From Candidatus Dojkabacteria bacterium (GTDB lineage Bacteria > Patescibacteriota > Dojkabacteria > SC72), in contig JBMNHC010000001.1 of assembly GCA_050950165.1 (NCBI GenBank), forward strand, positions 255,151-319,150: a stretch of DNA of 64,000 nt. The letters run 5' to 3'. A program made the position numbers and the translations under genes. Positions 51,101 to 60,974 of the stretch are shown one piece after another. Position 1 is the first letter of the stretch, and each line of letters opens with the position of its first letter. The notes beneath the pieces were generated by a model, which saw only the letters and a list, made by a program, of their open reading frames with translations, was not told the DNA's origin and searched no databases.

Positions 51101-51451
51101 CATGGGTAAATCTGCAACAAAAATCTCCTGCTCCTTAATCTCTCCAGTCTTGTTGTTTAGAAGCTGAACAGTTGCATATACTGGAAGCTCGTAGGAGAGA
51201 CCCTTAGCAATTGCTTCTTCAATACCTCTGTAAGGCTCTCCGTATCTAAATGACTTAAATTCCAAAGTCCACATCTTCTCCATAGTGTCCTTAACAGGAC
51301 TTATCTCTTCAAACAATCTTTGGAAACCATTCTCGTAGAAATCTTTAAACGATCTCTTCTGAGCTTCTATCAGACTTGGTATCTCAAAAGTGGAGGAAAA
51401 TCCCTTTCCTAGATTAATTCTGGAAGCTCTATTACGCTTAGGTTCTACCAT
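48104..51451 (-). CDS. rpoB: DNA-directed RNA polymerase subunit beta
   Basis: [32 protein letters not shown] is the C-terminal signature. Length is 1115 aa, with a 1-nt overlap with rpoC. Confidence 0.97.
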   Translation of the reverse strand: [1115 protein letters not shown]

Positions 51452-51668
51452 AGGACAATTATTTATAGGTTATAAATTACATGCATGTACAAAGAGGAGC
51501 CTACAAGCCATATGCAAAAATGGATGTAAACACGGCAATAATCCTCTCAATTAAAGCAAAAATTAGATAACTCTGGGGAGTTTAGCATATTTATGCTAGA
51601 TAGTCAAAGGGTTTCTTGCTCTTTTAGGTTGTATATATACAAGGAAATAATATAATATGATATAACCT

Positions 51669-51697
51669 TTGTCAAAAGGCACAGATTCCTCTATTAT
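51669..51697 (+). promoter_or_regulatory. Sigma70-like promoter candidate for ftsK
   Basis: TTGTCA-N17-TATTAT, located about 25 nt upstream of the ftsK ATG. Confidence 0.45.
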
Positions 51698-51722
51698 CTA
51701 ATATATCCTAATAAATAAAGAA

Positions 51723-53906
51723 ATGCCCCGAAAAAAGAAAATAAAAAATATAAATATAAAAAGCTCAGAGACTAAAATCTTCTCTGGTTTAGTACTTCTT
51801 GTCTTAGGTGTAGCACTTTTAATAGCACCGATGGTAGATCAACAAGCAGATATATTCATATATATATCTAAATTTTTAGGCTGGCCATCTACAATATGGG
51901 GAATAGCTACCCTTTACCTCTCAATATATTTACTAACTCAAGGTAAAAGTTGTAAAAACTGGGGAAGACTTTTCGGTTTAACAACACTAGCAATTACTTT
52001 AAATATTCTTTTTACCTTCTGGCTTCCCAAAGAAACATTGGATATTACAGAAGGACTAGAGAGAGCTGGTGGTCTTTTTGGTAAAACTTTACATTTAGCA
52101 ATAAATAGTACCTTTGGAGAGATAATTGAACTCGTAATATTACTAATACTACTTGTTGTAGCTTTCTCTTTCATAACAAGTGTCAAGTTAGAAGAGATAA
52201 CTGCATTTGTACACCAACTCTTCGGCAATATTAAAATTAAAGATTTGAAGGATAGGTTAGCCGAAGGTAAAGCTGAAAAAGATCTCGTTATCAGTGGACT
52301 AACAGAAGAAGATGAACCTGATCTGTTTACTAGCGAAAAACCTCAAGAGAGCGAAATAGAGCCTGAGATAGAGAATCTTACTGTAAAGAGAGAAGCAGTT
52401 TTGCCTCGTCATATTCATCAGCCTCCTTCTGAAGAGACCAATGATATTGATTCACTTCCTAAATATCCAAACTGGGTATACCCTAAGATAGATAATTTAC
52501 AAGAGCCACAGAAAGCAAAGCAGGATGAGGAAGCATACAAACATGATTCTAGAGTAATTGAAAGAGTTTTAAAGAACTTCGGTATTAATGGTAAAGCCGT
52601 TAAAGTTGAGATAGGGCCAACTGTAGTTAGATATGCATTAAGTCTTTCTGCAGATACAAGAATTGCAAAGATAAAGAGTTTAGTAGATAACCTAGCTGTA
52701 TCTTTAATGATTAACAAAGAGCTAGTTAGAATAGAAACTCCAATACCAGGAACTTCTTTTGTTGGAATAGAGATACCCAACAAGACTCCAAACTTTGTAT
52801 ATGCAAAAGAGATGGCTAAAAAACTTCTCTCTCAGGCAGATAAATATGAACTTCCAATGATTCTAGGTAAAGATATCGCAGGTCAAACTGTAATAAAAGA
52901 TTTAGTAAATATTCCACATCTGCTTGTAGCTGGAGCAACAAACACAGGTAAATCTGTTGGTATAAATGCAATCCTTGCTGGATTACTACTAACAAAAACC
53001 CCAGATGAACTTAAGTTAATAATGGTAGATCCAAAAAGAGTAGAAATGACTCCTTACAATGGAATACCTCATCTTCTAACTCCAATAATTACAGATATGG
53101 AATTAGTTGTTAATGCTTTAAACTGGTCCATAGATGAGATGATGAAAAGATACCGTATGCTAGAGCAAGCAAGAGTAAGAAAGATTACAGAATACAACAG
53201 AAACATTGGATATACTGCAATGCCATATTTGGTAATAGTTGTAGATGAGATGGCTGACTTAATGTTAGTAGCTGGTAAAGAGGTAGAACCAAAAATTCAA
53301 AGACTTGCACAGATGGGAAGAGCTGTTGGAGTACACCTAATTCTCGCTACACAGAAGCCAATAGTTGAGGTAATTACAGGATTAATCAAGTCAAATATTC
53401 CAGGAAGAATGGCATTTGCTGTCACATCTTCCATGGACTCAAGAGTAATATTAGACCAAACTGGAGCAGAGAACTTACTAGGTAGTGGAGATATGCTCTT
53501 TAAAGACCAAACAATGCCCAAATCTATCAGAATACAAGGTACCTACATCTCTACTGAAGATACTGAGGATATAATTCGACAAGTTAAGGCTCAAGTAAGT
53601 GAAGACCAATCAACATACTCAGAAGAGCTAAAGAGTGCAATTGAAAGACCACAAACACAACACGGTACTGCTAGTGGTGAAAGAGAACCTGAATTTGAAG
53701 TCGCACTACAAATTGTAATAGCAGAGGGTAAAGCCTCCGCTTCCTTACTTCAAAGAAGATTAAAGATTGGGTACAACAAAGCTTCTAGATTAATAGAGCA
53801 ATTAGAAGAAGCAGGAGCAATAGCTGCTCAAGACGGAGTAAAACCAAGAGAAGTACTTGTAAACTCTCCAGAAGAGATACTGGGAGAATCAACACAAGAG
53901 TCCTAG
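51723..53906 (+). CDS. ftsK: DNA translocase FtsK/SpoIIIE
   Basis: It has N-terminal TM helices, Walker A LLVAGATNTGKS and Walker B IVVDEMADL. The C-terminal winged-helix gamma domain reads GKASASLLQRRLKIGYNKASRLIEQLEEAG. Confidence 0.9.
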   Translation: MPRKKKIKNINIKSSETKIFSGLVLLVLGVALLIAPMVDQQADIFIYISKFLGWPSTIWGIATLYLSIYLLTQGKSCKNWGRLFGLTTLAITLNILFTFWLPKETLDITEGLERAGGLFGKTLHLAINSTFGEIIELVILLILLVVAFSFITSVKLEEITAFVHQLFGNIKIKDLKDRLAEGKAEKDLVISGLTEEDEPDLFTSEKPQESEIEPEIENLTVKREAVLPRHIHQPPSEETNDIDSLPKYPNWVYPKIDNLQEPQKAKQDEEAYKHDSRVIERVLKNFGINGKAVKVEIGPTVVRYALSLSADTRIAKIKSLVDNLAVSLMINKELVRIETPIPGTSFVGIEIPNKTPNFVYAKEMAKKLLSQADKYELPMILGKDIAGQTVIKDLVNIPHLLVAGATNTGKSVGINAILAGLLLTKTPDELKLIMVDPKRVEMTPYNGIPHLLTPIITDMELVVNALNWSIDEMMKRYRMLEQARVRKITEYNRNIGYTAMPYLVIVVDEMADLMLVAGKEVEPKIQRLAQMGRAVGVHLILATQKPIVEVITGLIKSNIPGRMAFAVTSSMDSRVILDQTGAENLLGSGDMLFKDQTMPKSIRIQGTYISTEDTEDIIRQVKAQVSEDQSTYSEELKSAIERPQTQHGTASGEREPEFEVALQIVIAEGKASASLLQRRLKIGYNKASRLIEQLEEAGAIAAQDGVKPREVLVNSPEEILGESTQES

Positions 53907-53928
53907 AGTTTGATATACTCTTTATGCA

Positions 53929-54873
53929 ATGATTACTGCAGGAGAAGTGTTAAAAAACAAGAGAGAATCTCTTGGTAAAAACCTAAATACTGTATCTGTT
54001 GATACAAAGATACAGAAGAGATTCCTTGAATATCTAGAGAATAATCAATACGAGAAGTTTGACTCAGACGTATTTGCTTCTGGCTTTATTAAAATATACT
54101 CCAAATACTTAGGCTTAGATGTTGAAAAAGTACTAGCTGTATACAGAAGAAGTAACCTTCAAAAAAAAGAAGTAAAGAACAAACAGTCTTCATCTTTAAA
54201 AACAAAAAAAAGATTAAAAATCGAACTAACTCCTCAACTAATATCAATAACTGCACTCTCTATCTTTCTTCTGTTAGTAATTGGATATATTGGATATCAG
54301 ATATATAAATTTCAAACTCCACCACAACTAACCATCACATACCCAACAGATGAATATGAATCTAATCAAGAAAAAATATTTGTTAAAGGTAGTACAGACG
54401 CTGGCTCTACCATCTCCATAAATGGCCTACCAACAGATATTGATGCATTAGGATACTTTGAGAAAGAGATTACACTAAACGAAGGAGCAAACAGTATTAC
54501 AGTAACAGCAAGAAAGAAATCGAACAGTTCTTTAGAAAGTACAGAAACTTTAAAAGTTTTCTATAAAATAGAGAGTGAGCAACCAGAACAGAAAGAAGAG
54601 AAGCCTACAGAGTTTAAGGTCTTACTTCAGATTAGTGAAAGTTCTGCTTGGATTAAGTTGGACATTGACGGAAAAAACAAAGTAGCTCAAATATTAGAAC
54701 CAAATATATCAAAAGAATTTACTCTTACTCAGACATTAACTCTTGTGACAGGTAAGATTACCTCTACATCTCTAAAGATTAATAATGAAAAGATAAATAT
54801 ATCTGCATCACCTACTAGTGGTATAGGGCAAGTAGAGTGTAATATTGTTCAAAATAGGGTTGAATGTAAATAG
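53929..54873 (+). CDS. RodZ-like cytoskeleton-associated protein (HTH + TM + C-terminal beta domain)
   Basis: An N-terminal HTH-like segment (GEVLKNKRESLGKNLNTVSVDTKIQKRFLEYLE) is followed by a single TM (ISITALSIFLLLVIGYIGY) and an extracytoplasmic C-terminal domain. This matches RodZ topology. Confidence 0.55.
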   Translation: MITAGEVLKNKRESLGKNLNTVSVDTKIQKRFLEYLENNQYEKFDSDVFASGFIKIYSKYLGLDVEKVLAVYRRSNLQKKEVKNKQSSSLKTKKRLKIELTPQLISITALSIFLLLVIGYIGYQIYKFQTPPQLTITYPTDEYESNQEKIFVKGSTDAGSTISINGLPTDIDALGYFEKEITLNEGANSITVTARKKSNSSLESTETLKVFYKIESEQPEQKEEKPTEFKVLLQISESSAWIKLDIDGKNKVAQILEPNISKEFTLTQTLTLVTGKITSTSLKINNEKINISASPTSGIGQVECNIVQNRVECK

Positions 54874-54890
54874 TTTGGTATAATCCACAT

Positions 54891-56612
54891 ATGGATTCAA
54901 ATAGAGACCAAATTGAAGAGATTAGGAACAGATTAGATATCGTAGATGTTGTAGGCAGATATGTACAATTAAAACAAGCTGGTAAAAACTTTTTAGGCCT
55001 CTGCCCATTTCATACAGAGAAGACTGCATCATTTGTTGTTAGTCCTGAGCTACAAAGATATAAATGTTTTGGATGTTTAGCATCAGGAGATATATTCAAT
55101 TTTGTTCAGAATATAGAGCATATAGATTTTCCAGAAGCACTAGAGAAGCTAGCTAAAGAGGCAGGAGTTGTACTTAAGAAAAGAAAAGAAAATACAATAT
55201 ATACTAGATTGGAAGAGATAAATAAAAAAGCAGCTATCTTCTTCTACAAAGAACTACTTAATCCACTAAATAAGAGTGCATTAGAATATGTACAAAGCAG
55301 AGGAATTACAAAAGAAAGTATTAAAACTTTTGGAATAGGATATGCCTCTGATGGTAAAAAGCTTCTCTCTTTTGTTCAAAAAGATAATAAATATAGTAAG
55401 GATGAATTAATTAACTCTGGTCTCTTTGTTTTAAAAGAGGGAAAAGTAAGATCAAAATTTTACAAAAGGATAATGTTTCCAATTAGATCTAGTTCAGGTA
55501 AAGTAATAGCTTTTACTGGAAGAGTACTACCTAGTAACGACTTCGGTCCAAAATATATGAACTCTCCAGAAACACCAATATATCACAAGAAGGAGAATGT
55601 GTATGGTCAATACGAATCAAGACAAGAGATTAGAAAACAAGATTTAGCGATATTTTGCGAAGGAACAACAGATGTTATCTCTACACACCAAGCAGGTATA
55701 AAGAATATCGTTGCTCCATTAGGAACCTCACTTACAAAAGAACAGGTAGAGAAGATCTCTAAATTAACAAAGAATATTCTTTTCATCTTCGATAGTGATA
55801 GTGCAGGACAGTTAGCACTAGAGAGAGCTTTTTTAATATCTCAGGAGCTTGGCTTAACTACTTTTGCAGCAAACACACTCCCTTACAAAGATATAGATGA
55901 ATTAGTAAGCAAAGATTCTAAAAAATTAAAAACTTTAATATCAAAAAGAGTAGATACTTTTACATATCTTCTAATTTCAAAACTTCAGAATAGAGATTTA
56001 AATAAACTACAAGAGTATACAAAAGTCCTCTCATGGATAGAGAGAATGCTCAAAAATGAGCGTAACAAAGCCACTTTTGCCTTCTACGTGAAAAGAGTCC
56101 GTGAAATCGCCAAAATTGACGTGTCGAATAGTAGCTCTAGTACAACAAAATTGTACACTAAGAAATCACATTTTAAAAAGTCCGCAAGTTCCATGCCAAG
56201 AACCCATATATACACTCAACTTCTCCTCTATCTCGATGAAATAAAATTCCCGAAGTACCACGTTTTAAAATACTTTAAAGGTGAAAGTGTGTATGAAATT
56301 CTTAGATATATAAAAAATAATCCTGGAATAACTAGAACAGAGATACTCTCCCATTTTCAAGATGACCAAACTAAGAGATTAATAGAAAATATGATATTCT
56401 CATTTTCAGGAACAGAAACAGACGAAGAAGAACTAGACTCTGTGTATAAGAATATTGTAAATGACTACTTCCTTAAAAAAGAAAAAGATATTAATATGAA
56501 GATATCAATAGCAGAAGCAGAGGGAAATCAGAAAGAGAGTGAACGCTTACTGCGAAAATATCAAACTTTAACTGAAGAGAAAAGAAAACATGAACAGAGT
56601 AGCAAACTATGA
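54891..56612 (+). CDS. dnaG: DNA primase
   Basis: The CHC2 zinc finger is GLCPFHTEKTASFVVSPELQRYKCFGC. The TOPRIM motif is AIFCEGTTDV...FIFDSDSAGQ. Confidence 0.9.
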   Translation: MDSNRDQIEEIRNRLDIVDVVGRYVQLKQAGKNFLGLCPFHTEKTASFVVSPELQRYKCFGCLASGDIFNFVQNIEHIDFPEALEKLAKEAGVVLKKRKENTIYTRLEEINKKAAIFFYKELLNPLNKSALEYVQSRGITKESIKTFGIGYASDGKKLLSFVQKDNKYSKDELINSGLFVLKEGKVRSKFYKRIMFPIRSSSGKVIAFTGRVLPSNDFGPKYMNSPETPIYHKKENVYGQYESRQEIRKQDLAIFCEGTTDVISTHQAGIKNIVAPLGTSLTKEQVEKISKLTKNILFIFDSDSAGQLALERAFLISQELGLTTFAANTLPYKDIDELVSKDSKKLKTLISKRVDTFTYLLISKLQNRDLNKLQEYTKVLSWIERMLKNERNKATFAFYVKRVREIAKIDVSNSSSSTTKLYTKKSHFKKSASSMPRTHIYTQLLLYLDEIKFPKYHVLKYFKGESVYEILRYIKNNPGITRTEILSHFQDDQTKRLIENMIFSFSGTETDEEELDSVYKNIVNDYFLKKEKDINMKISIAEAEGNQKESERLLRKYQTLTEEKRKHEQSSKL

Positions 56613-57516
56613 CACCTTAGATTACAACTACCAAACATATTGGTTAAAAAGAGAGTATGAAAACATGGCAGAACATATTCTTCTTGCAAGAATCATGAAG
56701 AACAAAGGTGGTAAGTGGTTTATAGATATAGGGGGGTCGTATGGAAGATTAGCAGATATATATTATAAAAAATATAAAAAACCAATAATTGTTGACTATT
56801 CTCTAAAAACATTAAAAAAGAACTATCAATATCTAATACAAAAATATCCCGATATTACATTAATTGCTGCTAATGCATATAACCTACCTTTTAAACAGAA
56901 TACTTTTGATGGTGCTCTCATGGTGAGAGTACTGCACCATATAGAGAAGCCTAACCAATATTTCAAAGAGATATATAGAACAATCAAGCCTAATGGTAAA
57001 TATATACAAGAATTTGCTAATAAACTGCATATAAAGGCGGTAATAAGAGCAATACTTAAGCTAAATTTCTCCATATTTACCAAAGACCCATATCAACAAC
57101 CTACACAAGGAAACTTTGAAGGAGCAAGAAAGGACTCTAATGTTGCCTTCTACAACTATCACTACCTTTGGGTTAAAGATCTTTTAAAGAAAACAGGCTT
57201 TAGAGTAGTAAAGAGGTATGGGTGTTCATTTTTAAGAATAGGGTTTCTAAAGAAGATGTTTAGTACTAAAGTGTTACTCCTAATTGAAAACCTTTTACAA
57301 AAGACTCTCTCATGGACAAACATTGCTCCTAGTATATTCTTAGATAGTACGGTTATAAAAGAAGATGGAGATATGAAAGAGTACAACAAATTAGAAGAGA
57401 TACTTGTATGTCCAGCTTGTAAGAGTAATTTAGAATTTAATAGTAATACTGCTTACTGCAAAAAGTGTAGTAAGAGATTTAAAAAAGAAGGCAATATTTG
57501 GGATTTTAGAGTATAA
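56590..57516 (+). CDS. Class I SAM-dependent methyltransferase with a C-terminal Trm112-like zinc ribbon
   Basis: Motif I is FIDIGGSYGRLAD. The acidic loop reads IIVDYS. The post-I region is ANAYNLPFKQNTFDGALMVRVLHHI. The C-terminus has CPACKS...CKKCSKRF. Confidence 0.7.
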   Translation: MNRVANYDTLDYNYQTYWLKREYENMAEHILLARIMKNKGGKWFIDIGGSYGRLADIYYKKYKKPIIVDYSLKTLKKNYQYLIQKYPDITLIAANAYNLPFKQNTFDGALMVRVLHHIEKPNQYFKEIYRTIKPNGKYIQEFANKLHIKAVIRAILKLNFSIFTKDPYQQPTQGNFEGARKDSNVAFYNYHYLWVKDLLKKTGFRVVKRYGCSFLRIGFLKKMFSTKVLLLIENLLQKTLSWTNIAPSIFLDSTVIKEDGDMKEYNKLEEILVCPACKSNLEFNSNTAYCKKCSKRFKKEGNIWDFRV

Positions 57517-58239
57517 ATGAAGCCAAAAAGAGCGTTAGGACAAAATTTCTTTATTAACAAAAATCTAGGAGACCACATTATTAACACCTTAGTAAAGAGT
57601 AATAGTAAGGGCGTATTAGAAATTGGTCCTGGTTTAGGATTTTTTACTGAGAGATTAATTAAGGTTTTCAATGATTTAATTGTTGTTGAAAAAGATAATG
57701 CCTTAGCTAAAAACTTACAACTACTTTTTCCCAATATTAGAGTAATTAATGAGGATTTTTTAGATCTAGAACTAGATACTTTTAAAGATATTACATACTT
57801 TGGTTCTCTTCCTTACAATGTATCAAAACCAATTATCAAAAAGATAATTCAAAGCAATACTTTTAAAAACCCTGCATATTTTATAATACAGAAAGAAGTT
57901 GCAGAGAAATATATATATATAAGACCTTACAATATATTATCCCTTACTACTGCAATATATGCAGATGTTAAAAAACTTTTAGATATCTCCCCTAGCTCTT
58001 TTAAACCACAACCTAATGTAGAGAGTTCATTAGTTGTTTTCTATCCTAAAAAAGAGATATTTGGTAAGTATGCAGAGTTAGAAAAATTAATAACTATGGC
58101 ATTTAAACAACCTAGAAAAACACTAAAGAACAATCTAAAAGGAACTAAATATATTAACTTAGAAGGCTTTGAATCTGCTAGGGCGGAAGAGCTCTCATTA
58201 GACAACTATATCTCCATATTATTAAACAACTCTTGCTAA
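57517..58239 (+). CDS. rsmA: 16S rRNA (adenine1518-N6/adenine1519-N6)-dimethyltransferase
   Basis: KRALGQNFFINKNLGDHII...VLEIGPGLGFFTERL is the KsgA signature. Length is 240 aa. Confidence 0.9.
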   Translation: MKPKRALGQNFFINKNLGDHIINTLVKSNSKGVLEIGPGLGFFTERLIKVFNDLIVVEKDNALAKNLQLLFPNIRVINEDFLDLELDTFKDITYFGSLPYNVSKPIIKKIIQSNTFKNPAYFIIQKEVAEKYIYIRPYNILSLTTAIYADVKKLLDISPSSFKPQPNVESSLVVFYPKKEIFGKYAELEKLITMAFKQPRKTLKNNLKGTKYINLEGFESARAEELSLDNYISILLNNSC

Positions 58240-58255
58240 ATGGTATAATTGCCTA

Positions 58256-58711
58256 ATGGAAAAAAGCAAAGAGGAAAAGAAAGAGAAACAACTAGACTTT
58301 GGATTAAAAAATCCTCCCCAAAATGTATATTATAAATACAAAGATCAATACGAATTATGGCTTGCAAGGTTAGAAACTAACAAGTTTATGAAAGATATAT
58401 TAGTATGGTTTACACTAATTATTAGTATATCCTTAATATTTACACAGATCTATACAATAGAGACATTGGATAGATTACCTTCCAAGATACCCGTATTTAG
58501 CTACTATCTTACTCTCTCTTCAAGACTTGTAAGCTCGCATTGGATATATCTCTATCCAATAATTTCAATAGTAATCCTTCTTACTGGTATGTATATATCA
58601 AACAAGTATTTCCACAAAGAGAGAGATCTTGCAAAAACATTATTAATTACTATTCTTTTAGCTAATATCTCTCTTGCAATAATATTTATGAAATTAGTTT
58701 ATACTTTTTAA
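58256..58711 (+). CDS. Hypothetical small membrane protein (3 predicted TM helices)
   Basis: Support is hydrophobicity only. It lies 2 nt upstream of the GT4-like gene. Confidence 0.4.
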   Translation: MEKSKEEKKEKQLDFGLKNPPQNVYYKYKDQYELWLARLETNKFMKDILVWFTLIISISLIFTQIYTIETLDRLPSKIPVFSYYLTLSSRLVSSHWIYLYPIISIVILLTGMYISNKYFHKERDLAKTLLITILLANISLAIIFMKLVYTF

Positions 58712-58713
58712 CT

Positions 58714-59925
58714 ATGGATATCTCTATTCCTACACCAATATTAGAAAAAATACTTAGAATAAATGAGCTTAGTATCTTAACAGAGTATGATAAGTACTTG
58801 AATTACTGGCCACTTCTATTGATAGGATTAATACTCTCTTTTTTACTAACTCCCATCGTTGGTAATATTGCAAAGAAATATAATCTTACATATGTACCAG
58901 GCAAAGGAAAAAATGATAGAGAGTTTGATAATCCTGAAAAGGCAGTACATGATATAGAGACTCCATCTCTAGGAGGAGTTTCTATCATTGTAGTAGTTCT
59001 TCTTGGAATACTACTTCTTTTTAAACCAGATGCAACAACAATACCTATCCTCTTAGCACTAACTGTATTAGCAATAGGGGCGACTCTTGATGATATTTTA
59101 GTTCTTTCATCTAAAGTACAGTTAGGATATCAAATACTAGCTGCTTCAATTATAGCCATATCTACAATTGATTTCTCTTCTGTTAGTTTCTTTACAGACG
59201 ATTTTCTAAACCTCTCTATGTATACATGGAGCTTTAATATTTTCTCTTTTCCACTCTCCTTTGTATTTCCTGGAGATTTAATTCTAATTGCTTGGATATT
59301 ACTCTGTATTAACTCTGTAAAATGGGTAGCAGGTTCTCCCGGTTTAGTCGAATCCTACTCTTTAGTGATATTTTTCTTACTCTTTATAATAGGAATAAGA
59401 ACATTTTCTCTCTTTTCATCCAGTATAAGTATATTAACTGCAGGAGCAATGATTTCACTTCTTTACTTTGCATATCCACCTAATCAGAAAATAATGTCTG
59501 GTTCTAGTGGTAAGTCAATATATGGGTTTTTAATAGCCATATTAGCACTGGTTGGAGGGTTAAAATTCTCAACTACGATAATGCTTCTTGCAATACCAAT
59601 AGTTGATTCCATCTATGTAATTATCTACAGAATAATAAAATACAAGCCTAAGAATCCAATAGAGTTGATGAAAATAAATGACACCTCTCATCTACATCAT
59701 AGACTTCTTAAGCTAAATCTGTCTAGAAAACAGGTAATCTTAATAGAAACAGCAGTATCTTTACTAATAGGGTCATTTGCAATATTAACAGTAGGTGCAA
59801 TGAGATACTTTGTTTTAATATTTGGTATTGCATTTGCCATATCCTTTGTTGTATTTGTAAATTACAAAGCAACTAAGAAAGACGAAGAGAAACCTAAGTC
59901 TCCTGAATCTAAGTATTCGTATTGA
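58714..59925 (+). CDS. MraY/WecA-like (glycosyltransferase family 4) polytopic membrane protein, divergent
   Basis: It is multi-TM with LDDILVLSSK (a DD-like motif). NSVKWVAGSPGLV occupies the position of the N-x-x-N-x-x-D-G-x-D-G-L motif, with both Asp replaced. Confidence 0.45.
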   Translation: MDISIPTPILEKILRINELSILTEYDKYLNYWPLLLIGLILSFLLTPIVGNIAKKYNLTYVPGKGKNDREFDNPEKAVHDIETPSLGGVSIIVVVLLGILLLFKPDATTIPILLALTVLAIGATLDDILVLSSKVQLGYQILAASIIAISTIDFSSVSFFTDDFLNLSMYTWSFNIFSFPLSFVFPGDLILIAWILLCINSVKWVAGSPGLVESYSLVIFFLLFIIGIRTFSLFSSSISILTAGAMISLLYFAYPPNQKIMSGSSGKSIYGFLIAILALVGGLKFSTTIMLLAIPIVDSIYVIIYRIIKYKPKNPIELMKINDTSHLHHRLLKLNLSRKQVILIETAVSLLIGSFAILTVGAMRYFVLIFGIAFAISFVVFVNYKATKKDEEKPKSPESKYSY

Positions 59926-60043
59926 AAACCTTTTGTACCGAGCCTTTCTGTTGTCTTCTTCTACATTTTTCAAATACTTTGAATTTTAGATTGTAAAAAG
60001 TTTACTCCTTATTTAAAATAACGGTATATTAACAAAAAGTCAT

Positions 60044-60577
60044 ATGCAAAATAAAATATATATATTCATAGGACCTCCTAGTTCTGGTAAGTCATACCTC
60101 GGAAGAAAATATGCAGAATACAAAGGTTACACATTTTACGAAGCTGATGATGACTACAAAGAAGAATACCGAGAAAGAACAAAAATATCTCCAGAAGAAA
60201 CAGAGAAGGTCTATGAAGAGTTCTATTCAACGGTAATAGGGAAGATAAAAGAAAAGCTTAAATTAGGAAAATCTGTTGTTGTTGCCTCAGCTATCGGTAA
60301 GCAAAGAAACAGAGATAGATTTACAGAAGAATTTGGTGAAGATGTCTGTTTTGTATATATAAAGACATCTCAGAAAAATCTAGTTCATAACGCACTTACA
60401 AAAGAGTTTCCTGCTCTTCAAGGGGTAGAAAAACTAGAGAAGAAAGTAGCACAGGGTTTAAGGGAACATCTAAGCAAAAAATTCTTAAAATATGAGACTC
60501 CTGTAAATGTAATTGTCGTTGAAAATGATTATTCTGAGAATGTAATCCCTAAGATGATCGACTTGTTAGAAGAATAA
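60044..60577 (+). CDS. P-loop NTPase / small nucleotide-kinase-like protein
   Basis: Walker A IYIFIGPPSSGKSYLG sits at the extreme N-terminus. The 177-aa kinase-like size fits, but no specific family is recognisable. Confidence 0.5.
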   Translation: MQNKIYIFIGPPSSGKSYLGRKYAEYKGYTFYEADDDYKEEYRERTKISPEETEKVYEEFYSTVIGKIKEKLKLGKSVVVASAIGKQRNRDRFTEEFGEDVCFVYIKTSQKNLVHNALTKEFPALQGVEKLEKKVAQGLREHLSKKFLKYETPVNVIVVENDYSENVIPKMIDLLEE

Positions 60578-60653
60578 CTGTTATTAATCAAAAAGAAAAA
60601 GCCTAGCAGGTATATCATATATATATTCATATATACCCACTGGGTGTTATTTG

Positions 60654-60974
60654 CTAGATTTTTTCGAAGAATTCCCACAATTCCCACAATGTGGTCTTTA
60701 CCTGGATCATCTTCTTTGCTTCCTCTTGAGCCTCCAAAGGGATAGCTAGTTCTTGGAATAAACCTTCCAGTATACTTACTATCCCCGGAAAGGGGACTCC
60801 CTTCTTAGAAAAATGCACAAAGACTGTATGAAGGTCTTCCTGCACACCTGTATCCTCTCTTTTAGCCTTAGAGACTAAAAATTTCTCCACTTGTTTAAGT
60901 TCTTCTGCAGTCATGCTAAATTTTGCCATTTTAATCTCCTTCCTTATTTTTATTTTCAAAGATCTAACAAACAC
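60654..60974 (-). CDS. Hypothetical small protein
   Basis: It is an ATG ORF in a locally higher-GC stretch with no recognisable motif. An alternative start lies at 60929 (MAKFSMTAEE). Confidence 0.35.
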   Translation of the reverse strand: MFVRSLKIKIRKEIKMAKFSMTAEELKQVEKFLVSKAKREDTGVQEDLHTVFVHFSKKGVPFPGIVSILEGLFQELAIPLEAQEEAKKMIQVKTTLWELWEFFEKI

